A program made the translations under genes and the position numbers. 59,415 nt of DNA, from the NCBI GenBank assembly GCA_045536565.1, contig JAZSNU010000010.1:1-59415 (forward strand), given 5' to 3'. Shown one piece after another: positions 1-9,636 of this stretch. The stretch's first letter is position 1. Every line of letters starts with the position of its first letter. Under the pieces are notes generated by a model. The model was not told the DNA's origin. It saw only the letters and a list, made by a program, of their open reading frames with translations, and did not search any database. The DNA is from Clostridia bacterium. GTDB lineage: Bacteria > Bacillota > Clostridia > TANB77 > CAG-465.

Positions 1-920
1 TTCCTTGTTATAATGAAGAAAAAAATGTTTCTCTATTTTATAATGAAACTACAAAAATTATGGATGATACAAAATATTCTTATGAAATAATATTTGTAAA
101 TGATGGAAGTAGTGATAGTACCTATCTAAACCTAAAAAAGATTGCGGAAAAAAGTAATAAAAATATAAAGGTGATTAATTTTTCTAGGAATTTTGGTAAG
201 GAAGCTGCAATGTACGCTGGACTAAAAGAGGCAAAAGGTAAATATACAGCTATTATTGATGCTGATATGCAGCAAGATCCTAAATATATACTAGATATGG
301 TAAAAATACTAGAAGAAAACGATGATTATGATTCAGTAGCTGCATATCAAAAAACAAGAAAAGAAAGTAAAGTACTAACATTTTTTAAGAACTCTTTCTA
401 TAAAATAATTAATAAAATATCTGATACAAACTTTGTAAAGAATGCAAGTGATTTTAGGACATTTAGAAGAAATGTTGTACAAGCTATTATATCAATGGAG
501 GAATATTATAGATTTTCAAAAGGTATATTTTCGTGGGTTGGTTTTAATACATATTATATGCCTTATGAAGTAAAAGAAAGAGCAAATGGAAATTCTACAT
601 GGTCTTTTAGAAAATTATTTAAATATGCATTAGAAGGAATAACTGCTTTTACAACAGCACCTCTAAAAATAGCAACTTTTATAGGTATGATTACAGCATT
701 TTGTTCTGTTATGTATTTAATTGTAGTGGTTATTCAAAAATTAGCATTTGGTATTGCAATACCAGGATATGCAACTATTGTAACACTAATATTGTTGATA
801 GGTGGAATACAACTATTTTGTATTGGAATAATAGGTGAGTATTTAGCGAAGGTGTATATAGAAGGAAAAAAAAGACCTATATATATTGCAAAAAACATAA
901 TAGACTATGATAATAAATAA
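1..920 (+). CDS. GT2 glycosyltransferase, GtrB/polyprenol-phosphate glycosyltransferase-like (5' truncated by window)
   Basis: Frame is open upstream of the ORF-track ATG (PCYNEE at nt 3-20); VNDGSSD, RNFGKEAA and DADMQ (DxD) motifs; two C-terminal TM helices and GEYL..RP tail. Confidence 0.9.
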   Translation, partial: PCYNEEKNVSLFYNETTKIMDDTKYSYEIIFVNDGSSDSTYLNLKKIAEKSNKNIKVINFSRNFGKEAAMYAGLKEAKGKYTAIIDADMQQDPKYILDMVKILEENDDYDSVAAYQKTRKESKVLTFFKNSFYKIINKISDTNFVKNASDFRTFRRNVVQAIISMEEYYRFSKGIFSWVGFNTYYMPYEVKERANGNSTWSFRKLFKYALEGITAFTTAPLKIATFIGMITAFCSVMYLIVVVIQKLAFGIAIPGYATIVTLILLIGGIQLFCIGIIGEYLAKVYIEGKKRPIYIAKNIIDYDNK

Positions 921-937
921 AGATATGAGGTGAAGCG

Positions 938-1408
938 ATGAAGAAAGCGTTATTTATATCATCAACTGGTGGTCATTTTTCGGAAATGATGATGTTAAAA
1001 CCAATGTTTGAAAAATTTGATTATCACATTATAACAGAAAAAACTAATTCGACTAAATCATTAAAAAATATTCATGGTAAAAAGATAAATTATTTGGTAT
1101 ATGGCACGAAGGATCATAAAATATCTTATCCATTTAAATTGTTATATAATATTTTGAAATCATTTGTATTGTTTATTAAAATAAGACCAGATATAGTAAT
1201 AACTACTGGTACACATACAGCAGTACCAATGTGTTATATTGCTCATCTATTTAAGAAAAAAGTTGTATTTATAGAAACATATGCAAATGTTACAACAAAG
1301 ACATTGTCTGGAAAATTAGTATATAAAATTGCTGATCTTTTTGTAGTGCAATGGGAAGAAATGAAAAAATTATATCCAAAAGCAGTATGTTTAGGAGGTA
1401 TATTTTAA
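938..1408 (+). CDS. PssD/Cps14F (Alg14-like) glycosyltransferase subunit
   Basis: SSTGGH, PDIVITTG, FIE and VQWEEM motifs; GAGGTG RBS. Confidence 0.85.
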   Translation: MKKALFISSTGGHFSEMMMLKPMFEKFDYHIITEKTNSTKSLKNIHGKKINYLVYGTKDHKISYPFKLLYNILKSFVLFIKIRPDIVITTGTHTAVPMCYIAHLFKKKVVFIETYANVTTKTLSGKLVYKIADLFVVQWEEMKKLYPKAVCLGGIF

Positions 1409-1893
1409 TGATATTTGTTACAGTAGGAACACAAGACAAGCCTTTTACTAGACTTTTAGAAGCAATAGATAAAGCAATATTAAAAGGTGAAATAAAAGAT
1501 AAAGTTATTGTACAAGCAGGATATACAAAATATGATTCTATGAATATGGAAGTATTAGAGTACATACCTTTTGAAAAATTTGAAGATTATATAGAAAAAG
1601 CAGATGTAATTATAACTCATGGTGGAGTAGGTTCAATAGTATCGTCTATAAAAAGAGGAAAAAAAGTAGTTGCAGTAGCAAGACTGGCAGAATATGGGGA
1701 ACATACAAACGACCATCAACTGCAAATAATAGAGAAAATGAGTAAGGATGGATATATAGTAGATGGTAATGATTTAGAAAACATAGCACAGTCAATAGAA
1801 AAGGCACAGAAATTAGTATCAAAAGAATATGTATCTAATACTGAAAAATTTATAGAAAATTTAACTGATGAGATAGATAAATTATTTGTCTAG
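1408..1893 (+). CDS. PssE/Cps14G (Alg13-like) glycosyltransferase subunit
   Basis: Start moved to ATG 1408 (TAATG overlap, AGGAGG at 1393); MIFVTVGT, ITHGGVGS and GEHTNDHQ motifs. Confidence 0.85.
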   Translation: MIFVTVGTQDKPFTRLLEAIDKAILKGEIKDKVIVQAGYTKYDSMNMEVLEYIPFEKFEDYIEKADVIITHGGVGSIVSSIKRGKKVVAVARLAEYGEHTNDHQLQIIEKMSKDGYIVDGNDLENIAQSIEKAQKLVSKEYVSNTEKFIENLTDEIDKLFV

Positions 1894-1912
1894 AAGGAGA
1901 AGATTTTGTTAT

Positions 1913-3433
1913 ATGAATAATAAATTAAATATAAAGGATGTAATATCAAACAATAAATGGTTAATTTTGATATTTATTGTAATGTTTTGTGTATTTCTTT
2001 GTTGTGGACTTAATACATTTCCATCAAATGATGATTTGCCATATTCATTTTTTTATAGAGGTCCTGAGAGAGTTCAAAATATAATACAAGTATTAAAAAA
2101 TCAAGTTGCCGATTATAGAGAAATAAACGGTAGATTTTTAGTACATTGTGTTGTTCAATTTGTTTTAATTTTTGATAGAGTACTATTTAGCATATTAAAT
2201 GCTGCTATAATAGTAGGAACAATTTATTTAATGGCATATATTGCTAAACAATTTATTAGTGATTGTAAAGATAAAAAATATTTATCTACAATAATATGCT
2301 CAATTTGTTTTTTATTGTTATTTGACTTTAAGTGGCTTGTTTATTGGGTGGCAGGTTCAGTAAATTATGTATGGGTTTTCTTTTTTGTATTGTTATCATT
2401 GGTATATTATTTAAAAACCAATTTTAATAAATATGACATAGTGAATATAGTTTTGTTTTTTTTATTAGCAAATATTCATGAAAACTCATTAGTTGTGGCA
2501 GTAATATTATATATTACTATTGTATTAGAACAGTTTTTTAGAAGAAAACTTAATATAAAAAAATTATTATATATAGTGCCACTAATTATAGGTGCAGTTA
2601 TTTTATTAGCGGCTCCTGGAAATTCAGTAAGGGTATCTTCATATGAAGATTGGTATTCAATGAATATAATTGAAAAAATGTTAATATCTATTCCAGCGCT
2701 ATCTAAGGCTATACTTAATGTAAATAACGGTTATAATCTTATACCTGCTATTTATATATTAGTACTTATTATGAAAGTAATAAAAATAATTATAGATAAT
2801 AGAAAGCACAATATTAACAATAGTGGGAATGTAATATATATAACAGGTGTAAGTCTATTACTTATAAATACATTGCTTTGCATAATAACTCAAAATGGAT
2901 GGGCTTGTTTTGCTAATATAATTCTACTTGCATTTATAGAAAACTATATACATTTAAGAAACAAACAGTATAATTTTATAACATGTTCAATTTCTATGTA
3001 TGCTGTGGTGTTTTCAATGTGCATAACACCATTATATTGGTCTTTAAGACCTAATTATTACCTATATATTTATTATTCTATTTTAATTGCAGGATGGCTA
3101 GTAGACCTAATTAAATTTAAAAAAGAAGCAATAAACAAAATTATCACATGTATATTAACAAGCATACTAACTTTACTGTTAATGTTTGAATTATATATAT
3201 ATATTAATATTGGTAATGTATCAAGAATTAGAGAGAAAGAAATAGCAGAAGGAATAAAGAATAATGATAAAGTTATATACTTAACGGAAAGTCCGGGCTT
3301 CTTTATGAAATTTCATAATGATTTAAATTCAGTAGGTGATGAAGAGTATTGGGCAAAAAAATATTATTACTATTATTATGGAATTAATAGTGAAGTTGAT
3401 TTAGTAGTTATAAATAAACAAAATATAGACTAA
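1913..3433 (+). CDS. Polytopic membrane protein, DUF6056-like (probable GT-C fold transferase/polymerase)
   Basis: ATG 1913 after AAGGAG; many TM segments; NDD..Y, NGR, GSVNYVW, HEN and APGNSVR motifs. Confidence 0.65.
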   Translation: MNNKLNIKDVISNNKWLILIFIVMFCVFLCCGLNTFPSNDDLPYSFFYRGPERVQNIIQVLKNQVADYREINGRFLVHCVVQFVLIFDRVLFSILNAAIIVGTIYLMAYIAKQFISDCKDKKYLSTIICSICFLLLFDFKWLVYWVAGSVNYVWVFFFVLLSLVYYLKTNFNKYDIVNIVLFFLLANIHENSLVVAVILYITIVLEQFFRRKLNIKKLLYIVPLIIGAVILLAAPGNSVRVSSYEDWYSMNIIEKMLISIPALSKAILNVNNGYNLIPAIYILVLIMKVIKIIIDNRKHNINNSGNVIYITGVSLLLINTLLCIITQNGWACFANIILLAFIENYIHLRNKQYNFITCSISMYAVVFSMCITPLYWSLRPNYYLYIYYSILIAGWLVDLIKFKKEAINKIITCILTSILTLLLMFELYIYINIGNVSRIREKEIAEGIKNNDKVIYLTESPGFFMKFHNDLNSVGDEEYWAKKYYYYYYGINSEVDLVVINKQNID

Positions 3434-3457
3434 TATATGAAGTGAGGATATATAAAA

Positions 3458-3916
3458 TTGAAGGAAAAAGAGAAAGTTATTGATATAAAGAAAATTGTAG
3501 ATTTGTTAATAAAATATAAAGAAGTTATATTATATTTAATATTTGGAGTACTTACAACATTAGTTAACTTTTTAACATATATTTTATTAGCAAGATGTTT
3601 TGATATTAATCAAACAGTTAGTAATGCAGTTGCTTGGATTGTATCAGTATTATTTGCATATGTTACAAATAAAATATGGGTGTTTGAAAGCAAATCTACA
3701 AAAGCTAAGACCGTAATTATAGAAATGTTATCATTTATAGGGTGTAGAGTTGTATCAGGTATACTGGATATAGCCATGTTTTATATAATGGTCGAGAAAT
3801 TATTTATGAATGATATTATAGTTAAAATAATAATATCAATATTTGTAATAGTACTTAATTATGTTTTTAGTAAATTGTTGATATTTAAAAATACAAACAC
3901 AAAAAATATTGGGTAG
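3458..3916 (+). CDS. GtrA-family lipid-linked sugar flippase (copy 1)
   Basis: YLIFGVLTTLVN, NKIWVF and NYVFSK motifs; about 4 TM helices. Confidence 0.9.
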   Translation: MKEKEKVIDIKKIVDLLIKYKEVILYLIFGVLTTLVNFLTYILLARCFDINQTVSNAVAWIVSVLFAYVTNKIWVFESKSTKAKTVIIEMLSFIGCRVVSGILDIAMFYIMVEKLFMNDIIVKIIISIFVIVLNYVFSKLLIFKNTNTKNIG

Positions 3917-3929
3917 GAGGCATTAGTAG

Positions 3930-5555
3930 ATGAGCGTGTATAAAGAAAATATAGAAAAACTTATAAAAAATATTTGGTATATAATGCCAGTAATATTAAC
4001 TGCAATTTTAAGTTTTGGGTTTGTAGTAACCAATACATCTATTAGCGTAGATACTTTATCTGCTGATAGATATTTTGATGGAGATGAATTAATAAGACAA
4101 GGAAGATTTACGGCAGTATTAATTGATAAGATATTTAGTGTAATGGAATTTAATCCTTTCTTTGTAGATATGCTAGCGGTTATATTTTTAATTATAGCAT
4201 CTTTGCTATTTTCAGCACTTTTTATGAATATAACAGGTAATAAATTAAAAGATATATTATATACAATATTTTCTTGCATATTTATATCATATCCATTAAT
4301 AAATGAAATATTTGTATATACGCCTGCTGGACTTAGTATTGCAATAGGATATTGCTTGGTAGCCATATCTCTGATATTAATGTATGAAGTTACAAAGAAT
4401 AGTAAAAAGATAAACATAATATATTCGATAGTATTTGTTTGTTTAGCAATTTCTTTGTACGAATCGTTTGCGGCAGTATATTTATGTGGAATAATAATGA
4501 TATTGATTCTAAATTATATGTTTTGTGAGATAGACAAAGAAAAGACATTTAAACAAAATTTTAAATATGCAGTTATACTCTTAATAGTTGTAATATGTGC
4601 AGTAGTATTAAATTCACTAATTGGAAATTTACTAAAACATATAATGAATATAGAAGGAAGTGGTAACGCAGCAAAAACTATTATGTATTCACAAGTTGGA
4701 ATTATAGGTGGTATTAAGACATTAATAGAAACATCATTTGTTGGATATATATTAGCCGCTTTTTATTATGTTCCTCTAACTACATTAATGATTGCAATGT
4801 TAATTTTATGTGGTTTAATTATAAAAAATATTTTTAAGAAAAGAATATTATTAGTACTTATGTTTTGTGCATTATTTGTGGCAACTTTTTCACTATCTAT
4901 TGTACAAGGAATAGCATCACCATATAGAACATGTCAGACATTTGCTTTTGTTACAGCGTTTATAATAATGATATTTATGCAAATAGTGTTAGATAGTGAT
5001 AAAAAAATATGGTTTAAAAATATTTTATTAGTATTAACATTTATATTAATATTCTATCAAGCAAAGGACTTGCACAAATGGTTTTATCTAAATAATTTAA
5101 GGTATGAAGAAGAAAAAAATATAGTTGTAGCAATTGGTAATAAATTAGAGGAGGAATATGATTTAAATAAACCTGTTGTGTTTAAAGGATATTACCAAAT
5201 ATCAGATAATCTGGTTGATAAGATTAGCTTAAAGAGTGATAGTATAAATGGTAGAATTGTAAATAAAATATTAAGAATTGTTGATGCTAATGTGTATGAT
5301 TTTAGTCAAAAGTATGTACTAGAAATACCACAAACAAATGTTAATTCGTATATATCTTGGGCTATTTATGCATTTTCATTAGATGAATACGCTAATAATG
5401 AAATTATAAAAATATTTAGATATTATGGTTATGATTTAAAAAATGTAAGTATGGAAAAATTTAAAGAAATAAATGAAGACATTAAATGGATGGAATCATG
5501 GCCAAACGAAAATTCAATAATAGAAACAGATGAATACATATTAGTAAATTTTTAA
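3930..5555 (+). CDS. GtrII-like (GT-C) membrane glycosyltransferase, copy 1
   Basis: TM1 followed by acidic loop and QGRF; SLYES, YRT motifs; C-terminal WP..SI; next to gtrA. Confidence 0.75.
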   Translation: MSVYKENIEKLIKNIWYIMPVILTAILSFGFVVTNTSISVDTLSADRYFDGDELIRQGRFTAVLIDKIFSVMEFNPFFVDMLAVIFLIIASLLFSALFMNITGNKLKDILYTIFSCIFISYPLINEIFVYTPAGLSIAIGYCLVAISLILMYEVTKNSKKINIIYSIVFVCLAISLYESFAAVYLCGIIMILILNYMFCEIDKEKTFKQNFKYAVILLIVVICAVVLNSLIGNLLKHIMNIEGSGNAAKTIMYSQVGIIGGIKTLIETSFVGYILAAFYYVPLTTLMIAMLILCGLIIKNIFKKRILLVLMFCALFVATFSLSIVQGIASPYRTCQTFAFVTAFIIMIFMQIVLDSDKKIWFKNILLVLTFILIFYQAKDLHKWFYLNNLRYEEEKNIVVAIGNKLEEEYDLNKPVVFKGYYQISDNLVDKISLKSDSINGRIVNKILRIVDANVYDFSQKYVLEIPQTNVNSYISWAIYAFSLDEYANNEIIKIFRYYGYDLKNVSMEKFKEINEDIKWMESWPNENSIIETDEYILVNF

Positions 5556-5565
5556 GGATATAAAT

Positions 5566-5603
5566 AAAAAACGATGCAAGGAAAAATACTTGTATCGTTT
5601 TTT
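5566..5603 (+). terminator. Intrinsic terminator
   Basis: AAAAAACGATGCAAG / CTTGTATCGTTTTTT inverted repeat. Confidence 0.75.
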
Positions 5604-5630
5604 GTTGCGTAAAATATAGTATTAAAAACA

Positions 5631-5659
5631 TTGCAATTTACATAATTTTATGATATACT
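5631..5659 (+). promoter_or_regulatory. SigA-type promoter of rfbFGH
   Basis: TTGCAA-17nt-TATACT with extended -10 TG. Confidence 0.65.
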
Positions 5660-5840
5660 ATACAAGCATTATTATATATTGTTTTTTCAGTAATTTGAAA
5701 GGAGATAAAATAAACTAGAATTAGGATTTTAGATATTATTTGTAGTATCTAAAATTATTACTCTTTTATTAAGCACTCTAACTATTAGAGGCTATTATAT
5801 ATAAATTAAAACATTATGAAACAAATAGGAGGAATTTAAT

Positions 5841-6617
5841 ATGAAAGTAGTAATTTTAGCAGGTGGTTTTGGAACAAGAATTTCTGAGGAAAGTCATTTG
5901 AAGCCTAAGCCAATGATTGGTATTGGAGACAAGCCTATACTTTGGCACATAATGAAAAGTTATGCTGCTCGTGGTTTTAATGAGTTTATTATCTGTTTGG
6001 GATATAAGGCTCATGTAATTAAAGAGTTTTTCTCTGACTATTATCTTTATACATCAGATGTAACATTTGATCTTAAAAATAATAGCATGGAAGTACACGA
6101 TAATTATTCGGAACCTTGGAAAGTAACATTGGTTGATACTGGTCTTCATACAATGACTGGAGGAAGAATCAAAAGAATTCAGAAGTATGTGGGCAATGAA
6201 CCATTTATGCTTACCTATGGTGATGGAGTTTGTGATATTGATATGAATGATATTTTAAAATTTCATAAGGAACATGGTAAGTATGCAACACTAACTGCTG
6301 TAAATGCTGGTCAGCGTTTTGGTGTCCTTGAAATTGATGATAGCATGGCTATTAATTCATTCAGAGAAAAAAATGAAGAAGATGGTAGTTATATCAACGC
6401 AGGTTTTATGGTGCTTGAACCGGAAGTTTTTGATTATATTGATGGTGACAGTACTGTATTTGAAAAGAAACCATTAGAAACACTTGCAAAAGAAGGACAA
6501 CTTATGGCATACAAATATGATGGTTTTTGGAAGTGTATGGATACACAAAGAGACAAAACACAACTTGAAGAAATGTGGGAAACAGGCAAAGCACCTTGGA
6601 AAGTATGGGAGGAATAA
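5841..6617 (+). CDS. rfbF: Glucose-1-phosphate cytidylyltransferase
   Basis: LAGGFGTRISEE, KPKPM, TMTGGR, TYGDG, FWKCMDT, APWK motifs. Confidence 0.95.
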   Translation: MKVVILAGGFGTRISEESHLKPKPMIGIGDKPILWHIMKSYAARGFNEFIICLGYKAHVIKEFFSDYYLYTSDVTFDLKNNSMEVHDNYSEPWKVTLVDTGLHTMTGGRIKRIQKYVGNEPFMLTYGDGVCDIDMNDILKFHKEHGKYATLTAVNAGQRFGVLEIDDSMAINSFREKNEEDGSYINAGFMVLEPEVFDYIDGDSTVFEKKPLETLAKEGQLMAYKYDGFWKCMDTQRDKTQLEEMWETGKAPWKVWEE

Positions 6618-6621
6618 CATT

Positions 6622-7695
6622 ATGGTAGATTTATCTTTTTATAAAGGAAAAAAAGTCCTAATTACTGGTCATACTGGTTTTAAAGGTAGCTGGCTTACAA
6701 AAATACTTTTGGATGCAGGTGCTATAATTACGGGATACAGTTTGGCCCCTCCTGAGAATGAGGAAAGTTTGTTCAACTTGCTTGAACTTGATAAGAAAAT
6801 TCATCATCATGTAATATGTGATATTCGTGATTTGGATAAATTATCTCTTATTTTCAGTTATGAAAAGCCAGAAATTGTATTTCATTTAGCAGCGCAGCCT
6901 ATTGTAAGAACATCATATGATGAACCTGTTTATACCTATGAAACAAATGTTATGGGTACAGTTAATGTGCTTGAATGTGTGAGAAAAACACATTCTGTAA
7001 AATCATTCCTTAATGTTACAACCGATAAGGTATATAAAAATAATGAATGGGAATGGGGATACAGAGAATGCGACGTACTCGATGGTTATGATCCTTACTC
7101 AAACAGTAAATCTTGCTCTGAGCTGGTTACATCTTCATATATAAAGTCATTTTTAAATGACTTAGATGTAAGAGTTTCAACAGCAAGAGCAGGTAATGTA
7201 ATTGGTGGTGGAGATTTCGCCAAAGATAGAATTATTCCTGACTGTGTTCGTGCAGCTATTGCATGTGAAGATATTTTTGTAAGAAATCCTAATTCTGTTA
7301 GACCATTTCAGCATGTATTAGAACCGCTTTTTGCATATCTTCTTATAGCACAAAAACAGTACGAGGATAAAGTAAATACTGATAGCTATAATGTAGGACC
7401 TGATGACTCAGATTGTGTAACAGTAAGAGAAATAGCTACGATGTTCTGTGAAATTTGGGGCGATGGCCTAAAATGGACAACTAAGACTAATTTTGGACCC
7501 CATGAGGCAAATTTCTTGAAACTTGATTGTTCTAAGATAAAGAATAAACTTGATTGGAAACCTACTTGGGATATTTCAAAGGCTATTGAGAAAACAGTAG
7601 AATTTGCAAAGGTATATCATGAAAATGGTGATATAACAAAATGTGTAGAAAATCAAATTAATGAATTTATTATGGAGGGCATGAAAAATGTTTAA
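6622..7695 (+). CDS. rfbG: CDP-glucose 4,6-dehydratase
   Basis: ATG 6622 after GGAGG; ITGHTGFKGSWL, HLAAQP, TTDKVY, DPYSNSK, RAGNVIGGGD, RPFQHVLEPL. Confidence 0.95.
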   Translation: MVDLSFYKGKKVLITGHTGFKGSWLTKILLDAGAIITGYSLAPPENEESLFNLLELDKKIHHHVICDIRDLDKLSLIFSYEKPEIVFHLAAQPIVRTSYDEPVYTYETNVMGTVNVLECVRKTHSVKSFLNVTTDKVYKNNEWEWGYRECDVLDGYDPYSNSKSCSELVTSSYIKSFLNDLDVRVSTARAGNVIGGGDFAKDRIIPDCVRAAIACEDIFVRNPNSVRPFQHVLEPLFAYLLIAQKQYEDKVNTDSYNVGPDDSDCVTVREIATMFCEIWGDGLKWTTKTNFGPHEANFLKLDCSKIKNKLDWKPTWDISKAIEKTVEFAKVYHENGDITKCVENQINEFIMEGMKNV

Positions 7696-9025
7696 TAATA
7701 AAACAGAAAAACAGGCAAGAGAAGAAATTCTTCAAATGGTAATTGAATATTGTGAAAAATATCATAATGTTCAGAAACCTTTTGAAGAAGGTGACAGAAT
7801 ACCTTATGCATCACGAGTTTATGATTGTGATGAAATGGTTAATCTGGTAGACAGCTCACTTGATTTTTGGCTTACTAGCGGAAAGTATACAGAGCAGTTT
7901 GAAAAAGAATTTGCAGAGTATCTAGGAGTAAAATACTGCTCAGTTGTAAATTCAGGCTCATCAGCAAATTTACTTGCATTTATGGCACTTACTTCACCAC
8001 TTTTGGGAGAAAGAGCTGTAAAAAGAGGCGATGAGGTTATAACTGTTGCAGCAGGTTTTCCAACCACGGTTAATCCTTACATTCAGTATGGAGCGATACC
8101 TGTGTTTGTAGATATTACCATTCCTCAGTATAACATTGATGTTAATATGTTGGAAGAAGCGTTGTCAGAGAAAACAAAAGCAGTTATGATTGCTCATACT
8201 CTTGGTAATCCATTTGACTTAAAATCAGTGTCAGAATTTTGCACGAAACATAACTTATGGCTCATTGAAGATAACTGTGATGCTTTGGGATCTAAATATA
8301 CTATTGATGGTAAAGAGTACTTTACAGGAACAATTGGTGATATTGGAACTTCAAGCTTTTATCCTCCTCACCATATGACTATGGGTGAAGGCGGAGCAGT
8401 TTATACCAATAATCCATTGCTTAACAAAATTGTAAGATCACTCAGAGATTGGGGAAGAGATTGTTCATGTCCATCTGGTGTAGATAATCTTTGCAAACAT
8501 AGATTTGATAGACAGTATGGAGAACTTCCAAAAGGTTATGACCATAAATATGTATATTCACATTTTGGATATAATCTTAAAGTTTCTGATATGCAAGCGG
8601 CAGTTGGATGTGCTCAGCTTAAAAAACTGCCAATGTTTGTGCAAAAACGTAAAGAAAATTTTGCTAAGCTTAAAGCAGGACTTTTAGATTTACAAGATAA
8701 GATTATTCTCCCGGAAGCATGTGAAAATTCTGATCCTAGTTGGTTTGGTTTTATGATTACATGCAAAGATGGAATAGACAGAAATAAGGTAGTTGAGTAT
8801 TTGGAAAATAGCAAAATTCAAACTCGTAACTTGTTTGCTGGAAATTTCACTAAGCATCCATGTTTTGATGAAATGAGAAAAACAGGTGAAGGGTACAGAA
8901 TAGTAGGAACTCTCGAAAATGCAGATAAAGTTATGAATGATAATTTCTGGATTGGAGTCTATCCTGGCATGACTGATGAAAAAATCAATTATATGATTAA
9001 AAAGCTTCATGAAGCATTGAAGTAA
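7688..9025 (+). CDS. rfbH: CDP-4-keto-6-deoxyglucose 3-dehydratase (E1, PMP/[2Fe-2S])
   Basis: NSGSSANL, EDNCDALG, SFYPPHHMTMGEGG (His in place of the aminotransferase Lys), RDWGRDCSC..C, YDHKY. Confidence 0.92.
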   Translation: MFNNKTEKQAREEILQMVIEYCEKYHNVQKPFEEGDRIPYASRVYDCDEMVNLVDSSLDFWLTSGKYTEQFEKEFAEYLGVKYCSVVNSGSSANLLAFMALTSPLLGERAVKRGDEVITVAAGFPTTVNPYIQYGAIPVFVDITIPQYNIDVNMLEEALSEKTKAVMIAHTLGNPFDLKSVSEFCTKHNLWLIEDNCDALGSKYTIDGKEYFTGTIGDIGTSSFYPPHHMTMGEGGAVYTNNPLLNKIVRSLRDWGRDCSCPSGVDNLCKHRFDRQYGELPKGYDHKYVYSHFGYNLKVSDMQAAVGCAQLKKLPMFVQKRKENFAKLKAGLLDLQDKIILPEACENSDPSWFGFMITCKDGIDRNKVVEYLENSKIQTRNLFAGNFTKHPCFDEMRKTGEGYRIVGTLENADKVMNDNFWIGVYPGMTDEKINYMIKKLHEALK

Positions 9026-9035
9026 CAATTGATAC

Positions 9036-9066
9036 AAGGTGCACTTAAATAGTGCACCTTAACTTT
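9036..9066 (+). terminator. Intrinsic terminator after rfbH
   Basis: Perfect 10-bp stem AAGGTGCACT/AGTGCACCTT; weak U-tract. Confidence 0.65.
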
Positions 9067-9081
9067 CTATTAGAATTTAAG

Positions 9082-9110
9082 TTGACTTAATATTAATTTC
9101 AAATTATAAT
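9082..9110 (+). promoter_or_regulatory. SigA-type promoter of gtrA2-TPP enzyme-SDR unit
   Basis: TTGACT-17nt-TATAAT. Confidence 0.75.
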
Positions 9111-9137
9111 ATTTAATATGTGATTGGAGAAATGCAT

Positions 9138-9578
9138 ATGAAAAAAATATTAAAAAAATTTGGAATTAATAATAAAGAAGATTTTAAAAAACTTATAATT
9201 CAATTTATAAAATTTGGTATTGTTGGAGTATCTAATACGCTTATATCCTTAGCGATATATTATGTTTTAGTATTCTTTAACTGCAATTACATTGTAGCAA
9301 ATACAATTGGTTTTATTATAAGTGTATTAAATGCATACTATTGGAACAATAAATATGTGTTTAAGACAAAAGACAAGGCTAAAACTAAGAAAGATACAAT
9401 TAAACAGTTAGTCAAAGTGTATATGTCATACGGTGTTACTTTTATACTTAGCACAGTACTTTTATATGTAATGGTTGATTGTTTAAATATATCTGAGTAT
9501 ATAGCACCAATAATAAATCTATGTATAACAGTACCTCTAAATTTTATAATGAACAAATTATGGGCATTTAAAAAATAA
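9138..9578 (+). CDS. GtrA-family flippase (copy 2)
   Basis: QFIKFGIVGVSNT, NNKYVF, NKLWAF; ATG 9138 after GGAG. Confidence 0.9.
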   Translation: MKKILKKFGINNKEDFKKLIIQFIKFGIVGVSNTLISLAIYYVLVFFNCNYIVANTIGFIISVLNAYYWNNKYVFKTKDKAKTKKDTIKQLVKVYMSYGVTFILSTVLLYVMVDCLNISEYIAPIINLCITVPLNFIMNKLWAFKK

Positions 9579-9636
9579 CTTAAATTTTAATATAACAGAT
9601 GTTTTAAAAAATACTAATATAAAGGAGTGGACTTAA

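Noticed and set aside
3362-3379. Six consecutive Tyr codons (TAT/TAC) as a phase-variation tract
   Set aside because: Short, interrupted and trinucleotide, so slippage would not shift the frame; falls in a Tyr-rich YYG-type C-terminal motif
5770-5795. CIRCE-like TAAGCACTC-N9-GAGGCTAT in the rfbF leader
   Set aside because: One mismatch plus a deletion in the right arm; better explained as an RNA hairpin; HrcA control of sugar genes is not expected
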